Source of the DNA: an uncultured Thermoplasmata archaeon
Lineage (GTDB): Archaea; Thermoplasmatota; Thermoplasmata; Halarchaeoplasmatales; Halarchaeoplasmataceae
Direction of reading: 5' to 3'
DNA length: 64,000 nucleotides
Assembly: GCA_964458595.1 (NCBI GenBank)
Contig: CAYWJQ010000005.1
Location: forward strand, 85,298-149,297
Of this stretch, positions 1-11,100 are shown piece by piece. Made by a program: the position numbers and the translations under genes. Position 1 is the stretch's first letter. Each line of letters starts with the position of its first letter. The notes under the pieces are model-generated. The model saw only the letters and a list, made by a program, of their open reading frames with translations, was not told the DNA's origin and ran no database searches.

Positions 1-1395
1 ACCGGCGAAGCCATATCTAGAGCGACCGACGGAAGTTTGATTTTGATCGTAGATTCGATCGACCCCCTGAGAAGATCCTATCCCTTTTTAGATGATTCCT
101 ATGAAGATCATATAGGAAAGCCTTTGAGCGAGATACCCTGCATATGCGGGGAACATGACGATTACGCCGAACATTTCATGGAGCCTTTTTTAGAGTCCCT
201 TGAAGAACTAGGTGTAGATCTGGAAGTGAGATACGCCCATAAGATGTACGCCAACGGGGAGTATGAAGAGGCTACGAGAGAAGTGATTAAAGATAAAGAA
301 AAGATCGCTGAGATAATAGAAGAGGAGACCGGTAGAGAATTAGATGATGATTGGTTCCCATACAATCCGATATGCTCTAACTGTGAGAATATAGGGAAAA
401 CCGAGATAGAGAAATTTGAAGATCCATATGTTATTTACGAATGCGAGTGCGGCCATGAAGGCAAGGCCGATATAAGAGAGGACGACGGAAAACTGCCCTG
501 GAGATGTGACTGGCCGGCAAGATGGTGGATACTAGACATAGACTGCGAACCGTTCGGCAAGGATCATTCCGCCTCGGGCGGCTCTTGGGACACGGGGAAG
601 AGGATAATAGAGGAAGTCTTCGATACCGAGGCACCTCACCCGGTCGTCTACGAATGGATACAGCTCAAAGGCGAAGGTCCGATGTCTTCTTCTTCGGGAG
701 TGGCTATAAAGACTGAAGATATGTTAGAGACGGTCTCTCTGGAAGTCTTAAGATACCTGATAATGAAAAGCAAACCCAACACTCATATCGATTTCGATCC
801 GGGTTTGGGTCTGCTCGATCTAGTAGACGAATATGACGAATGCGAGGAAGAGTATTTCGAAGGAGGGAACGAAGACAGAGTTAGGGCCTACGAATTATCC
901 CAGGTGAACGAACCGCCCTCGGAAAAGCCGCAGAGGATACCGTACAGGCATCTGGTAAATCTGGTGCAGATATATGATAGTGAAGAAAAGATATGGTCCG
1001 TCGCCAAAGAGACCGGCTTGATAGAAGAAGATAAAAATAAAGATTATGAAAGATTCGAAGAGAGAGCTGAAAAAGTCAAGTACTGGCTGGAGAACCATGC
1101 TCCGGATATGGTAAAGTTCTCATTGAAAGAAGAACTGCCGGATATCCAACTCGACGAAGAGGAGAAGGAATTCTTGAATTCCTACCTCCAGAATATCGAT
1201 AAAAAAGAATGGAGGTCCGACGCGCTTCACGAGTTAGTTCACGCGGTCGCGGAGGAGATAGATATGTCCAAGGGGAAAGCGTTCCGTTCATTCTATAAGA
1301 TCCTGCTCGGTGACGACCAAGGACCTAGACTGGGTAGATTCCTCAGCCAGCTGGACGAAGATTTCGTAAAAGAGAGGATAAAAGAAGCGGTCTGA
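1..1395 (+). CDS. lysK: Lysyl-tRNA synthetase, class I (archaeal type). The 5' end lies upstream of the window.
   Basis: The reading frame is open from base 1 with no stop before 1395. A KMSSS-type motif (GPMSSSSGVA) sits in the C-terminal half, matching the class I LysRS KMSKS variant. Zn-binding Cys clusters (CICGEH, CSNCEN, CECGHE) are present. Confidence 0.75.
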   Translation, partial: TGEAISRATDGSLILIVDSIDPLRRSYPFLDDSYEDHIGKPLSEIPCICGEHDDYAEHFMEPFLESLEELGVDLEVRYAHKMYANGEYEEATREVIKDKEKIAEIIEEETGRELDDDWFPYNPICSNCENIGKTEIEKFEDPYVIYECECGHEGKADIREDDGKLPWRCDWPARWWILDIDCEPFGKDHSASGGSWDTGKRIIEEVFDTEAPHPVVYEWIQLKGEGPMSSSSGVAIKTEDMLETVSLEVLRYLIMKSKPNTHIDFDPGLGLLDLVDEYDECEEEYFEGGNEDRVRAYELSQVNEPPSEKPQRIPYRHLVNLVQIYDSEEKIWSVAKETGLIEEDKNKDYERFEERAEKVKYWLENHAPDMVKFSLKEELPDIQLDEEEKEFLNSYLQNIDKKEWRSDALHELVHAVAEEIDMSKGKAFRSFYKILLGDDQGPRLGRFLSQLDEDFVKERIKEAV

Positions 1396-1487
1396 AGTAT
1401 AAAAAATAGTTTTGGTCAAGAGACACTAGAGATCACATTAGAACCCAATTTTTCAATCGGGGACGAGGACTTCTTATCTAGAGAGCC

Positions 1488-1829
1488 TCAGGATTGTAGA
1501 TTTATTATAGCTTCAGCGGGTTCTCCGTCGACTTCTTTGAGAGCTTCCTTAGCTTCTTCCTCTGAAACTCCCGCTCTCTCGGAGACCATCTCGATGTCCT
1601 CGTCAGGTATGAGAACTTCACCCTCTGGAGCCTCTTCTCTCGGCTCTCCGATCACCTGATATATGTGCTGACCTTTCATGTCCATCTCCACTACTTGAGG
1701 AGCATCGAAGACCAGCTTTTTCTCGTCCGTCTCTATTATGACCTTGTTAGCGTCCAGTTCGTTGCTTTCAAGGCCCATCTTCTTCATCATCCGTTTCATC
1801 TGTTTTGAATTTCCACCGCCAGGCATCAT
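1488..1829 (-). CDS. nac: Nascent polypeptide-associated complex alpha subunit (NAC domain plus C-terminal UBA)
   Basis: 113 aa. The N-terminal basic KKMG region, the NAC fold region and the C-terminal UBA-like EEEAKEALKEVDGEPAEAIINL are typical of archaeal NAC. Confidence 0.85.
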   Translation of the reverse strand: MMPGGGNSKQMKRMMKKMGLESNELDANKVIIETDEKKLVFDAPQVVEMDMKGQHIYQVIGEPREEAPEGEVLIPDEDIEMVSERAGVSEEEAKEALKEVDGEPAEAIINLQS

Positions 1830-1945
1830 GTTTTTCGACCTAATCTAGTACATCATGGTAGTTATAAAATGATTTCGGCCTAGAGAAGGTATCGGATGAC
1901 TCAAAAAAGATATATTTGTAGACTTTATTCTTTAACCGAGAAGAT

Positions 1946-2791
1946 ATGTTAGTAAAAGGACCAGCCTCGCCCTTATTGTGTAACAAGTTAGAGAAAGAAA
2001 CTGACGTTGAGACAGCCGAAGTCGATTCTAAAGTATTTCCGGACGGCGAAATATACGTGAAGATCGATGGAGATGTGGAAGGAAAAGATTGCACCGTAGT
2101 CCAGACCACTTACCCGAATAGGAGTCTTTTAGAACTTTACATGATACAGGACGCCCTGATAGAGAACGGCGCCGATTCGATAAAGGTGGTGGTGCCGTAC
2201 TATTCCTACGCAAGGCAGGACAAGGTCTTCGAGAGGGGCGAAGCGATAAGTGCCAGAGCTGTCGGGAAAAGGATAGAGACCGATGCCGACAAGTTCTACA
2301 GTGTCGATCTTCATTCCGAGGAAATAGTAGACTTTTTCGACATACCTGCTGAAAATATTTCAGCTATGCCCATCTTAGCGGAGCATTCCAAGGACAAAGA
2401 CCCCGATCTGCTGATGTCTCCAGACGAAGGAGGAATAGATAGGATCAAAAAGGCCGCCGATGAGATAGGCGTCGAATGGGATTACCTTGAGAAGGTCAGG
2501 ATCGACGCGAACACCGTCGAGATAAAGCCGAAGAATATAGACGTGAGAGATAAATCGGTCGTGATCCTAGACGATATCATCGCCACTGGAGGTACTATGA
2601 CGGAGGCCGCGAAACAACTGAAAGATGCGGGAGCGCGAGAAGTGCACGCCGGCTGCACGCACGGGCTATTCGTGGAAGATGCTGAGGAAAAGCTGGACGA
2701 AGTCTGCGATTCAGTTTTCTGCACTGATACTATAGAACGGGAGAAGAGTGTAGTATCCTCGGCTCCTCTCATCGAAGATATAATACAGTAA
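1946..2791 (+). CDS. prs: Ribose-phosphate pyrophosphokinase (PRPP synthetase)
   Basis: 281 aa with the FPDGE motif, the PYYSYARQD ribose-5-P/ATP site and the PRPP-binding loop DDIIATGGT. Confidence 0.9.
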   Translation: MLVKGPASPLLCNKLEKETDVETAEVDSKVFPDGEIYVKIDGDVEGKDCTVVQTTYPNRSLLELYMIQDALIENGADSIKVVVPYYSYARQDKVFERGEAISARAVGKRIETDADKFYSVDLHSEEIVDFFDIPAENISAMPILAEHSKDKDPDLLMSPDEGGIDRIKKAADEIGVEWDYLEKVRIDANTVEIKPKNIDVRDKSVVILDDIIATGGTMTEAAKQLKDAGAREVHAGCTHGLFVEDAEEKLDEVCDSVFCTDTIEREKSVVSSAPLIEDIIQ

Positions 2792-2798
2792 AAATTCT

Positions 2799-3458
2799 TC
2801 AGTCTTCAGAGTAGGGGATATCTAAGAACTCCGCTACCTTTTCTACTCCTTCTCCTTTCTTGGCGTTGGTTTCTATAAGGGTTCCGTGAGGGTTGACTTC
2901 TTCGTAATCGTTCTCTATAACTTCAAGATCGACGTCCATCGGTTCTGCAAGATCTACTTTATTTAGTACGGTAAGATCGGATCTCGAAAAGATAAGAGGG
3001 TGTTTTCTGATCATATCGTCACCTTCGGTCACCGAAACCACAACGACTTCGGCCTCGGTTCCGAGTGGAAAATCTACCGGACAGATCAGGTTGCCGACGT
3101 TCTCTATGAAGAGGTAATCCAGTCCAGCTAAATCTAAGTCCTCGAGGCTGTGAGCCACATAGTGGGCGTCTAGATGACAGTCTTTACCCGTGTTGATCGC
3201 TACGGCGTCCATATCTTTTTCTTTGAAACGCCGATAATCGTCCTCTCCGTTGAGGTCACCAGCTATAGCGCCAACTTCTTCATCTTCAAGCCCTTCTCGA
3301 AGCCTCTCTATCAAGGTGGTCTTTCCGGAGCCTATAGCTCCTAAAATATTGAAGGTCCGCACTCCTTTTTCCTCGAACATCCGGTTGTTCTCCTCGGCGA
3401 TCTCCTGATTTTCTTCTAGAATCTCCTTTTCCATATCCATATGACTGACTTTGTGCAT
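2799..3458 (-). CDS. hypB: Ni-metallochaperone GTPase, HypB/UreG family
   Basis: P-loop GAIGSGKTTL, the CHLDA motif, ENVGNLICP and NKVD (G4), all of which fit the HypB family. Confidence 0.75.
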   Translation of the reverse strand: MHKVSHMDMEKEILEENQEIAEENNRMFEEKGVRTFNILGAIGSGKTTLIERLREGLEDEEVGAIAGDLNGEDDYRRFKEKDMDAVAINTGKDCHLDAHYVAHSLEDLDLAGLDYLFIENVGNLICPVDFPLGTEAEVVVVSVTEGDDMIRKHPLIFSRSDLTVLNKVDLAEPMDVDLEVIENDYEEVNPHGTLIETNAKKGEGVEKVAEFLDIPYSED

Positions 3459-3482
3459 ATTTAAAAATCAGATGTTTCGGTA

Positions 3483-5384
3483 TTATAAATTTTGTTCTCT
3501 TTCGTTAAAGAACTCAGAGGCTGCAAAAGCGGGGTCCTCTACCAGGGTTAGATCGTCCAAATACTTCTTGAAGTGCACCGCTCTTTCATCCAGGATTATC
3601 GAAACACCCATGTCCTCTTGACCCCTCACCAATCTACCTGTAGCCTGAAGTATCTTCCTTACCGCGGGAGCCTTGACCGTGTATTCCCACCCTTTGTTGA
3701 ATTTCATATCGTAATAGTGCTTGAGACCTTTCTGTCTAGCGGTGGGCTTCGGATAAGGTATCCCCATAACCACCGCCACTTCTAGCTGTTCGCCTGGAAA
3801 ATCCATACCTTCGCTTATCCTGCCGCCTATGACAGAGAATAAAGTCCCCCCGCATCGTTTGAAATCGTCGACCAGGCTCATTAGTTCCGGCTGATCCATG
3901 CCCTGTCTTTCCATGAAAACATTCTCCAATTCGCTCCTGATAGGATCGGTTATCTCCTCCATGAGGCTGTAGCTCGGGAAAAATACGACGCTGTTTCGAT
4001 CTATATCTTTCAATATCGTCTTCAATTCTCCCCTTAATTTTTTGATCATCTCTTTTCCTCTCTGAAGTTCCTCGTATCTGGTGGTCAAGTCGTCCACATA
4101 GAACAGGGCTTTGTTCTCTTCCGGGAAAGGGCTCGGATATATCTCTTTATTGGCGTCGTGCGGTAGACCGATCGAATCACTGTACTCGTCTAGTGGTTCT
4201 AGGGTCGCTGATTGATGGATGGACGAATGACAGGAGTTGAGTACAGAAGTCACGTTGCTGGGATCTAGACAGAACGCTTCTAAACTGGGATTCTCTCCTC
4301 CGTTGACCAGCTTGATGTAATCTTCACCCTCTATCGAGAACCAGGACGATAGGAAAGAGGCTAGTGAATTGATATAAGAACGCGGGAGCTTTTTTTCTTC
4401 CCTTCTCTTCTCCTGAACGATCTCTCCCTGAACTTTGAGGTCTTTTATCATGCCTTTCAGCTGATTGGTGTTCATACTCAAAGCATGTAGAAGTTCAGTC
4501 CTCAATTCGCTGGGCGGTATGAGACCATCATCTTCTACGACGAACTCCTCCACGATATCCAAGATTATATTCTCGAATAGTCGGCAGAAGTTGGAGATGG
4601 TCTTATCCGTTTGTAAGGTCGGATCTCCGAATTCATGGCTTTCATCCTCCGCTCTCTCTAGAGTGTTCTTAGTTATCTCGGATGAGGAGAGATCTCGAGC
4701 GTAATCCGGGAGATTGTGAGCTTCGTCCACCACTACGATGAGCTCTGAAAGCTCGACGTTCATCCAATCCTTCAACTGTTTTCGTATGAATGGAACGAAA
4801 AAGTAGATGTACGGAGCCGTTATGATCCTTGAGTCGGGTACCAAAGCCTTGGTCAGTTCATAGTGGCATATCTCCCTTTCTCTGCAGTAATCTAAACTTT
4901 CATCTACCGTAGGGATATTTTTTTCGAACCATCCCTGTATCTCTTCGAGATCGCACTCCATCAGCCCGGCGTAGTAAGGACACGCCGTCGGCTCTCTATC
5001 TTCCTCGATCGCTGTTCGAACTTCTTTCTTACGATCGCTGCAGTATTTAGACAGCTCTTCAGCGCTGCCTTCCTGAAGTTCTTCATCCTCCTCCGCTAGG
5101 AGACACGTGTTATTCCTTCCCTGCAGACCCAAACCGTGGTCCTCTCCGATCTCACGTAGCTCTAAAAGGACCTGCCTCTGCTGGCTATTAGTCCTCGTCA
5201 GATATAGGATCTTCTTGTCGTTCTTTCGGGCATAGTCTAAAGCGGCGGTCAAGGTACATATGGTCTTTCCAGAACCAGTAGCGGCCTGATAGATGAAATG
5301 TTCTCCATTTTCTAGAGAAGATTTGATCTCATGTATTATCTCTTCTTGATTCTCGCGCGGCGCATAGGGAAAGAGCTCGTTCAT
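3483..5384 (-). CDS. xpd: XPD/Rad3-family (DinG-like) Fe-S DNA helicase
   Basis: 633 aa with Walker A ATGSGKT and the DEAH-like VVDEAHNL. A four-Cys Fe-S insertion is present (C..CPYY..C..C), and the C-terminal helicase motifs include QATGRLVRG. Confidence 0.8.
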   Translation of the reverse strand: MNELFPYAPRENQEEIIHEIKSSLENGEHFIYQAATGSGKTICTLTAALDYARKNDKKILYLTRTNSQQRQVLLELREIGEDHGLGLQGRNNTCLLAEEDEELQEGSAEELSKYCSDRKKEVRTAIEEDREPTACPYYAGLMECDLEEIQGWFEKNIPTVDESLDYCREREICHYELTKALVPDSRIITAPYIYFFVPFIRKQLKDWMNVELSELIVVVDEAHNLPDYARDLSSSEITKNTLERAEDESHEFGDPTLQTDKTISNFCRLFENIILDIVEEFVVEDDGLIPPSELRTELLHALSMNTNQLKGMIKDLKVQGEIVQEKRREEKKLPRSYINSLASFLSSWFSIEGEDYIKLVNGGENPSLEAFCLDPSNVTSVLNSCHSSIHQSATLEPLDEYSDSIGLPHDANKEIYPSPFPEENKALFYVDDLTTRYEELQRGKEMIKKLRGELKTILKDIDRNSVVFFPSYSLMEEITDPIRSELENVFMERQGMDQPELMSLVDDFKRCGGTLFSVIGGRISEGMDFPGEQLEVAVVMGIPYPKPTARQKGLKHYYDMKFNKGWEYTVKAPAVRKILQATGRLVRGQEDMGVSIILDERAVHFKKYLDDLTLVEDPAFAASEFFNEREQNL

Positions 5385-5505
5385 CGGGCTGGCAATGATT
5401 TCATGGTCAAAAAACCTATTGATAGTATCCTAGTGATAGAACAGCCATGGAAGCTAGTGTCTTATAGCGGGCCAAAAAGTTATCAATATCCTGCTGAATA
5501 CTCAG

Positions 5506-5955
5506 ATGATGAGCGAAAATAGTGAGGAAGACGCAGAAGAGTTTTCCGTAAGTTTGGAAAATATTGAAGATTACAAGTTCAGAGTGAATTTCGATAAAGA
5601 AGAGATGGGCGAACTGATAACCGATGAAACGGAAAAAGTCGGAGGTGACGAAGAGGGACCAAATCCGGGCAGATTGCTGGCGGCTTCAACTTTGAATTGT
5701 TTGATGGCTAGTCTAAAATTCTGTCTCGAAAAAAAGAGGGTCGAGTTGGATTCTCTAGAAGGTGAAATCCGGGGTAAAATAGAGAGAGTAGACGGAAGAT
5801 TAAGGATAACAGAATTCAAGGCGGACATCGAACCTGCCATAGAGGAAAGAGACAGAGAGAAAGTGGAAAAATGTAAGGAGATATTCGAGAACTATTGCAT
5901 CGTTACCCAGAGTATTAGAAACGGCATCGATGTCGAAGTGAACGTCGAGGTGTAA
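5506..5955 (+). CDS. OsmC/Ohr-family peroxiredoxin-like protein
   Basis: 149 aa. The PNPGRLLAASTLNC and NYCIVTQSI motifs, each containing a conserved Cys, are characteristic of OsmC. Confidence 0.75.
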   Translation: MMSENSEEDAEEFSVSLENIEDYKFRVNFDKEEMGELITDETEKVGGDEEGPNPGRLLAASTLNCLMASLKFCLEKKRVELDSLEGEIRGKIERVDGRLRITEFKADIEPAIEERDREKVEKCKEIFENYCIVTQSIRNGIDVEVNVEV

Positions 5956-5999
5956 CTATAGCGAAACAACAGACCCTTTTCGACCGATCTTCTGAAGGA

Positions 6000-6530
6000 T
6001 TGGAAGAGATATCAGAAGAGGTCAGGAACTGCGTTAGATGTCGACTGCACGAAAACCGGAAACATGCTGTGCCCGGTGAAGGCGATCCCGACGCGGAGAT
6101 AATGCTGATAGGTGAAGGGCCGGGAAAACAAGAGGACGAAGAGGGAAGCCCCTTCGTCGGAAGAGCCGGGAGGTTACTTGAAGATCTGCTGGGAGATATA
6201 GGTCTGAACAGAAAAAAAGTCTTCATCACCAACGTAGTAAAATGTCGACCTCCGGACAATAGAGACCCACGAGGAGATGAGATAGAGACGTGTAATCCTT
6301 ACCTGGAAAGGCAGATAGATATAGTCGAACCTGAAGTGATAGGGAGCCTGGGAAACCATGCGACCGAGACATTGATCGATAAGAAGGGCATGAAAGAACT
6401 CCATGGAAAAGAGTTCGAATACGAAGGGATAAGATTGATACCATTATATCATCCAGCGGCAGGCCTTTACAATCCTAATCTGAAAACCACCATGGAAGAA
6501 GATTTCGAGAGATTGAAAAAGCATCTATAG
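6000..6530 (+). CDS. udg: Uracil-DNA glycosylase, family 4
   Basis: The CVRCRLHENR Fe-S motif, GEGPG, the FVGRAG-L motif and the HPAAGLYNP motif identify family-4 UDG. The start codon is probably TTG. Confidence 0.8.
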   Translation: MEEISEEVRNCVRCRLHENRKHAVPGEGDPDAEIMLIGEGPGKQEDEEGSPFVGRAGRLLEDLLGDIGLNRKKVFITNVVKCRPPDNRDPRGDEIETCNPYLERQIDIVEPEVIGSLGNHATETLIDKKGMKELHGKEFEYEGIRLIPLYHPAAGLYNPNLKTTMEEDFERLKKHL

Positions 6531-6593
6531 ATCCCAGTCACCGGTTGATAAGTAAATTTTATTTACCCCTTATCCATAAGTTGGTACCCCAAT

Positions 6594-6668
6594 GGGCCCA
6601 TGGCTTAGGTTGGTTATAGCGTCCGGCTGATAACCGGGAGGGCGAGAGTTCAAATCTCTCTGGGCCCA
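6594..6668 (+). tRNA. tRNA-Ile (anticodon GAU)
   Basis: Manual cloverleaf: acceptor GGGCCCA/TGGGCCC, anticodon loop CTGATAA, T-arm GAGAG-TTCAAAT-CTCTC and discriminator A. No CCA is encoded. Confidence 0.85.
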
Positions 6669-6683
6669 TTTATTTTCATACAT

Positions 6684-6992
6684 TCAATATTCTTCGTCAA
6701 CTTCTCTCTCCCCCTCCAATCTTTTCTCTAACCTATCTATCTCTATCTCCTGCTCCAGCAGGACAGATATGAAGAAAGTCTCTATCTCTTTAGGGCGATT
6801 CTGTTCTTTTCCCGCTCTAACATGAGATCTGGCATATTTTTTTATCTGCTCAAACGCATTTTTCTCTATGCCATTCAAAGCGTCCTCGTAATCGTTCCAA
6901 TCTTCTATCAAATCTTTCAATTCCTCCCTGTAATTTTTGTCCTTTTCGTAAGACAGGTCCAAAACGGAAACATCCTCTTCGGCGGAACTCAT
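6684..6992 (-). CDS. Hypothetical acidic protein, with a decayed paralog at 15105-15272
   Basis: 102-aa ORF. Its C-terminal half (ETFFISVLLEQEIEIDRLEKRL) is echoed by the small ORF at 15105. Confidence 0.45.
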   Translation of the reverse strand: MSSAEEDVSVLDLSYEKDKNYREELKDLIEDWNDYEDALNGIEKNAFEQIKKYARSHVRAGKEQNRPKEIETFFISVLLEQEIEIDRLEKRLEGEREVDEEY

Positions 6993-7294
6993 CGTATCGA
7001 TATGATGAAAGAAAGCTCACAGGATATAAAGGTGAGAAAGAGAGGGAGATCAATGAAAGTGAATGTTTTTTCGCGGTTGATCGAACCCAATATAAGACGT
7101 TACGTCTGACGAAAAATAATGATTATTTGAAAAGTAATATAATTAAAGAGATTATTTTTATAGATGTTGAAATTGTAACAACCAGTAATTTATTTAATAG
7201 AAGAATAAATTTTTCCTTTTTGTTTTTAGGCAGTAAAATCTCTTTGTTCGAGCAGGAAAAAATTTATATATTTTTAATGACAAATTCATACACT

Positions 7295-7585
7295 ATGTCA
7301 GACAAACCAGATAAAGAAAAGCTGCATAGGTATATCAACCTGATAAGCCAACAAAATTTCGACAAATGGGCCGAAGGTAACCGATCTCTAGCGGATCTCG
7401 TGCGAGAACATCATTTCCTCGCGTCCATGTACAAATCGAAGATAGAGAAAACGATCCACCAGCACAGTCCTCAAGATTTCCTAGAGATATTTAGGGAAGA
7501 AAGACCCGATATAGATTTCGGCAACGAGGAAGAGGTCATAGCCAGGATAGAGGAAGAGATGGAAGAGATAGAACACGCACTTTGA
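7295..7585 (+). CDS. Hypothetical protein
   Basis: The ORF track gives 7127-7585, but its first ~55 codons lie in a very AT-rich low-complexity leader. The internal ATG at 7295 (MSDKPDKEK...) is a more plausible start. Confidence 0.4.
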   Translation: MSDKPDKEKLHRYINLISQQNFDKWAEGNRSLADLVREHHFLASMYKSKIEKTIHQHSPQDFLEIFREERPDIDFGNEEEVIARIEEEMEEIEHAL

Positions 7586-7616
7586 ACATACTACGGAAAG
7601 ATTCATAAAGCCTGGT

Positions 7617-7973
7617 ATGTCTATGCTCTTTCAAGAGAATCACATGATCGAAGACATAGATTACCTGGTATCAGCCGTTGAATACGATCCGTCAGACGAT
7701 AAGATAAAAAAAGTCCTCACCCATGAAAAGAAAGGCGAGGTCGGGGTAGGATATCCCTTCGAGGAGACCAGAGATCACCTACTGAAGAAGATAAATGAAG
7801 GGAAGACTTACTATACGTTGGTCAAAGAGGAAGAGTCGTCCTTCGAGTACAACCTGGGAGAGGAAATCCAAAAGGTCGAGGTCGATTCCGATACATTCCT
7901 TAGGACCGACGGGGAAAACAAGAAAAAAGATAAGTTAGCCGATCTCCAACCATTAGGTCAGATGGGATACTGA
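7617..7973 (+). CDS. Hypothetical protein
   Basis: 118-aa ORF with coding-like composition and no recognisable motif. Confidence 0.4.
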   Translation: MSMLFQENHMIEDIDYLVSAVEYDPSDDKIKKVLTHEKKGEVGVGYPFEETRDHLLKKINEGKTYYTLVKEEESSFEYNLGEEIQKVEVDSDTFLRTDGENKKKDKLADLQPLGQMGY

Positions 7974-8180
7974 GCGATTTAAATATTTCGATTACGCCAA
8001 CAACCTTTCATATTCTCTATTTTTTTCTTCATAATTTTTGCCTTGTGAGCACAGCTTTTAAGAAAAATATCACACTTTCTCGGGCACACTCGATCCAAAC
8101 TTATGGTAATCATCCAAAACTTTATTAAGTTTCTTATTCGTACTGAAGGATTCAAAAAAGGTATTTCAGGCAAGATTAAA

Positions 8181-11100
8181 ATGGTTACGAGAGTTCAAGA
8201 GGAAAAGGACAAAGATGAAGTCCTCTCTCAGATGGAACCTTTGATCGCGGAATGGTTCGATAATAAGTTCGATTCTCTTACTGAGCCTCAGGGTTATGCT
8301 ATACCACTGATCCACGAGAAAGAGAACGTGCTCGTTTCTTCACCGACCGGTTCGGGTAAGACCCTTACCGCTTTCCTTTCCATCATAAATGAACTTTTCA
8401 AGAAGGATAAAGAAGGCGAACTCGAAGACAAGATATACTGCGTTTATGTTTCTCCTTTGAAGGCTTTAGCTAACGATATCCATAAAAATCTAGAAGAACC
8501 GTTGGAGGAGATCAAAGAACTCGCCGAAGAAAAAGGTGTCAAAGTCCCAGATATCAAGACGGCGATACGCTCGGGGGATACGCCGCAGAAGGAAAGGAGG
8601 AAGATGACCGAAAATCCCCCGCATATCTACATCACGACCCCGGAAAGTCTCGCTTTATCGCTTTCCTCTCCTAAGTTCAGGAAACGATTCAAAGACGTAC
8701 AGTACTTCATAAACGACGAGATCCATGACATAGCTTCCTCGAAAAGAGGTGTATATCTCTCTCTCAACACGGAACGTTTGGAGGAGCATGTCAATGGAGA
8801 GATGACCCGTATAGGGCTTTCCGCGACCCAGGCACCGATCGAAGAACTCGCTAAATTTCTAGGAGGTTTCGAAAACGGGGACCCGCGGGACGTGAACATA
8901 ATCGAGGTGATGGGCGAGAAGAGCTTGGATCTTTCCGTTATATCGCCTGTAGATGACATGACCTTATTGCCTTATGAAGTCGTGAACTCTAGGATGTACG
9001 ACCGTCTAAAAGAGATGGTGGAGAATCACCGCACCACTTTGATATTCACCAATACCAGAAGTGGTGCCGAGAACGTGGCCTACAAACTCAAAGATAGGGG
9101 CATCGAGAACGTAGCGGCTCATCACGGCAGTCTTTCGAAGGACACACGTTTAGAAGTTGAAGACGACCTCAAATACGGTGACATGAAAGCGGCGGTCTCA
9201 TCTACATCGCTTGAACTGGGTATCGACGTCGGATATATCGATCTAGTGGTTCAGGTCAATTCACCAAAGACCGTAGCGAAGGGTCTTCAGAGAGTCGGAA
9301 GAGCGGGACACTCCATAGGAGAGACTTCCAAGGGCAGGATAATAGTTTTTGAAAAGGACGAGCTTTTAGAATGTACCGTCCTGACTCGAAAGGCCTATCA
9401 GCACGATATTGATAGGGTGAGTATACCAGAAAATAATCTAGACGTTCTGTCCCAGGGGATAATAGGCATGAGTATAGAACACCGCTGGGGGGTAGATGAA
9501 GCCTACGAGATGGTGAGGCGGTCCTACTGTTATAAAGATCTTCCAGAAGAGGATTTCTTGAACGTGTTAGATTATCTAGGCGGGACTCAATTCGAAAACA
9601 CCTATCCCAAAATATGGTACAACGAGGACGAAGAAGTCTTCGGTAAAAAAGGCGGAGTCCAGATGCTGTATTATATGAATGTCGGCACCATCCCTTCGGA
9701 CTCTAGCTATCAAGTATATTCTGAAAAAGGAGCACCACTGGGAAATCTATCCGAAAAGTTCGTCGAAAGACTTTCCAAGGGCGACGTTTTCGTTCTTGGC
9801 AGTCACTCTTACGAGTTCCTCCATACCAAAGGTACTAGGGTCTTCGTGAAAGACGCCGCCGGCAAAAAGCCAACAGTTCCCAGCTGGACCGGGGAGATGC
9901 TCCCAAGAAGTTATGATCTCTCGGTAGGTATAGGGGAATTCAGGAGAAAGGTCTCCAAAAAGATGGGAGATGAAGACGTGGTAAAGTGGCTCGAAGACAA
10001 ATACAGGATAGACGAAGGTTCCGCACAGACCATCATCAGTTATTTCAAGGAACAAAAGGGCGTGATAGACGAACTTCCGACTGATAAAAAGATTATCCTG
10101 GAAGGACATATCGGCCAGGACGGAAAGTACAATATGATCTTCCACGCCTCTTACGGAAGAAAGGCCAACGATACTCTTTCGCGAGCCTACGCTTACAAGA
10201 TCTCGAAGAAATTCAACTGCAACGCCAACGTTTCCATCACCGATAACAACTTCATGATCACGACTAAGAAAAAGATACCTCTCGATAAAGTCAGAGATAT
10301 ATTGTCGTCCGAGGAGATCGAAGATGTTTTGAAAAAATCCGTCAGGAACACCGAACTATTCAAACAGCGGTTCAGACACTGCGCTACTCGGGCTCTGATG
10401 ATACTGCGGAACTACAAAGGTAGAGAGATATCAGTTTCCAAGCAGAAGCTCCGGTCGAAAGAGATGCTGGATAAACTCCGCGGGATGGATGACTTTCCGA
10501 TAGTGAAGGAGACCTACAATGAGATACTGTACCAGGTGCTTGACCTCGAGAAGGCGGAAAAAGTTCTAAAAGATATAGAGGACGGAGAAGTAGAGATCAA
10601 GTCTACCGGTTACTCCGATACACCGTCTCCTTTCGCCCACGACGTTTTGATGGCCGGTATCTCCGACGTAATAATGATGGACGATAGGAGCAGCCTGCTA
10701 AGAAAATTCCATCAAAAAGTTCTCGAACAGGTGATCCCGAAAGAGGAGATAGAGAACTTCAAATTCGACAGAGACGTGGTCGAAGATCACTTTTTGGACA
10801 AGAAACCCGAATTCGAAAATAAAGACGAGATGTTAGAGGCCATCAAAGAATTAAAACCGATCCACGTTTTCAAGGAAAAAGGTAACAACGTCTTTTCGCG
10901 CACGGATAAATCTTTTGAAGAGGTCAGGGAATGGTCCAAAGAACTTCTTAATGAAGGTGAGATCCAGTCTCTCTGGGTGGATGAGACGAAATATGTGGCG
11001 AGCGAAGATTTGGGCGAATACCTTCGTTCTCTAGATCAAGGAGAACAGCCTCACGGGAGTACACCGCTGATTGAGAAATTGAAAGAAGGTAGTATGACCC

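Noticed and set aside
7100-7294. Possible replication origin in the 200-bp extremely AT-rich stretch
   Set aside because: No ORB-like repeated elements are present and there is no adjacent cdc6/orc gene. It is more simply a promoter or leader region.
8103-8180. Upstream ATG start for the Lhr gene, giving 1820 aa
   Set aside because: The first 26 codons, MVIIQNFIKFLIRTEGFKKGISGKIK, are AT-rich and non-acidic, unlike the rest of the protein. The ATG at 8181 (MVTRVQEEKD) fits the composition better. The call is uncertain.
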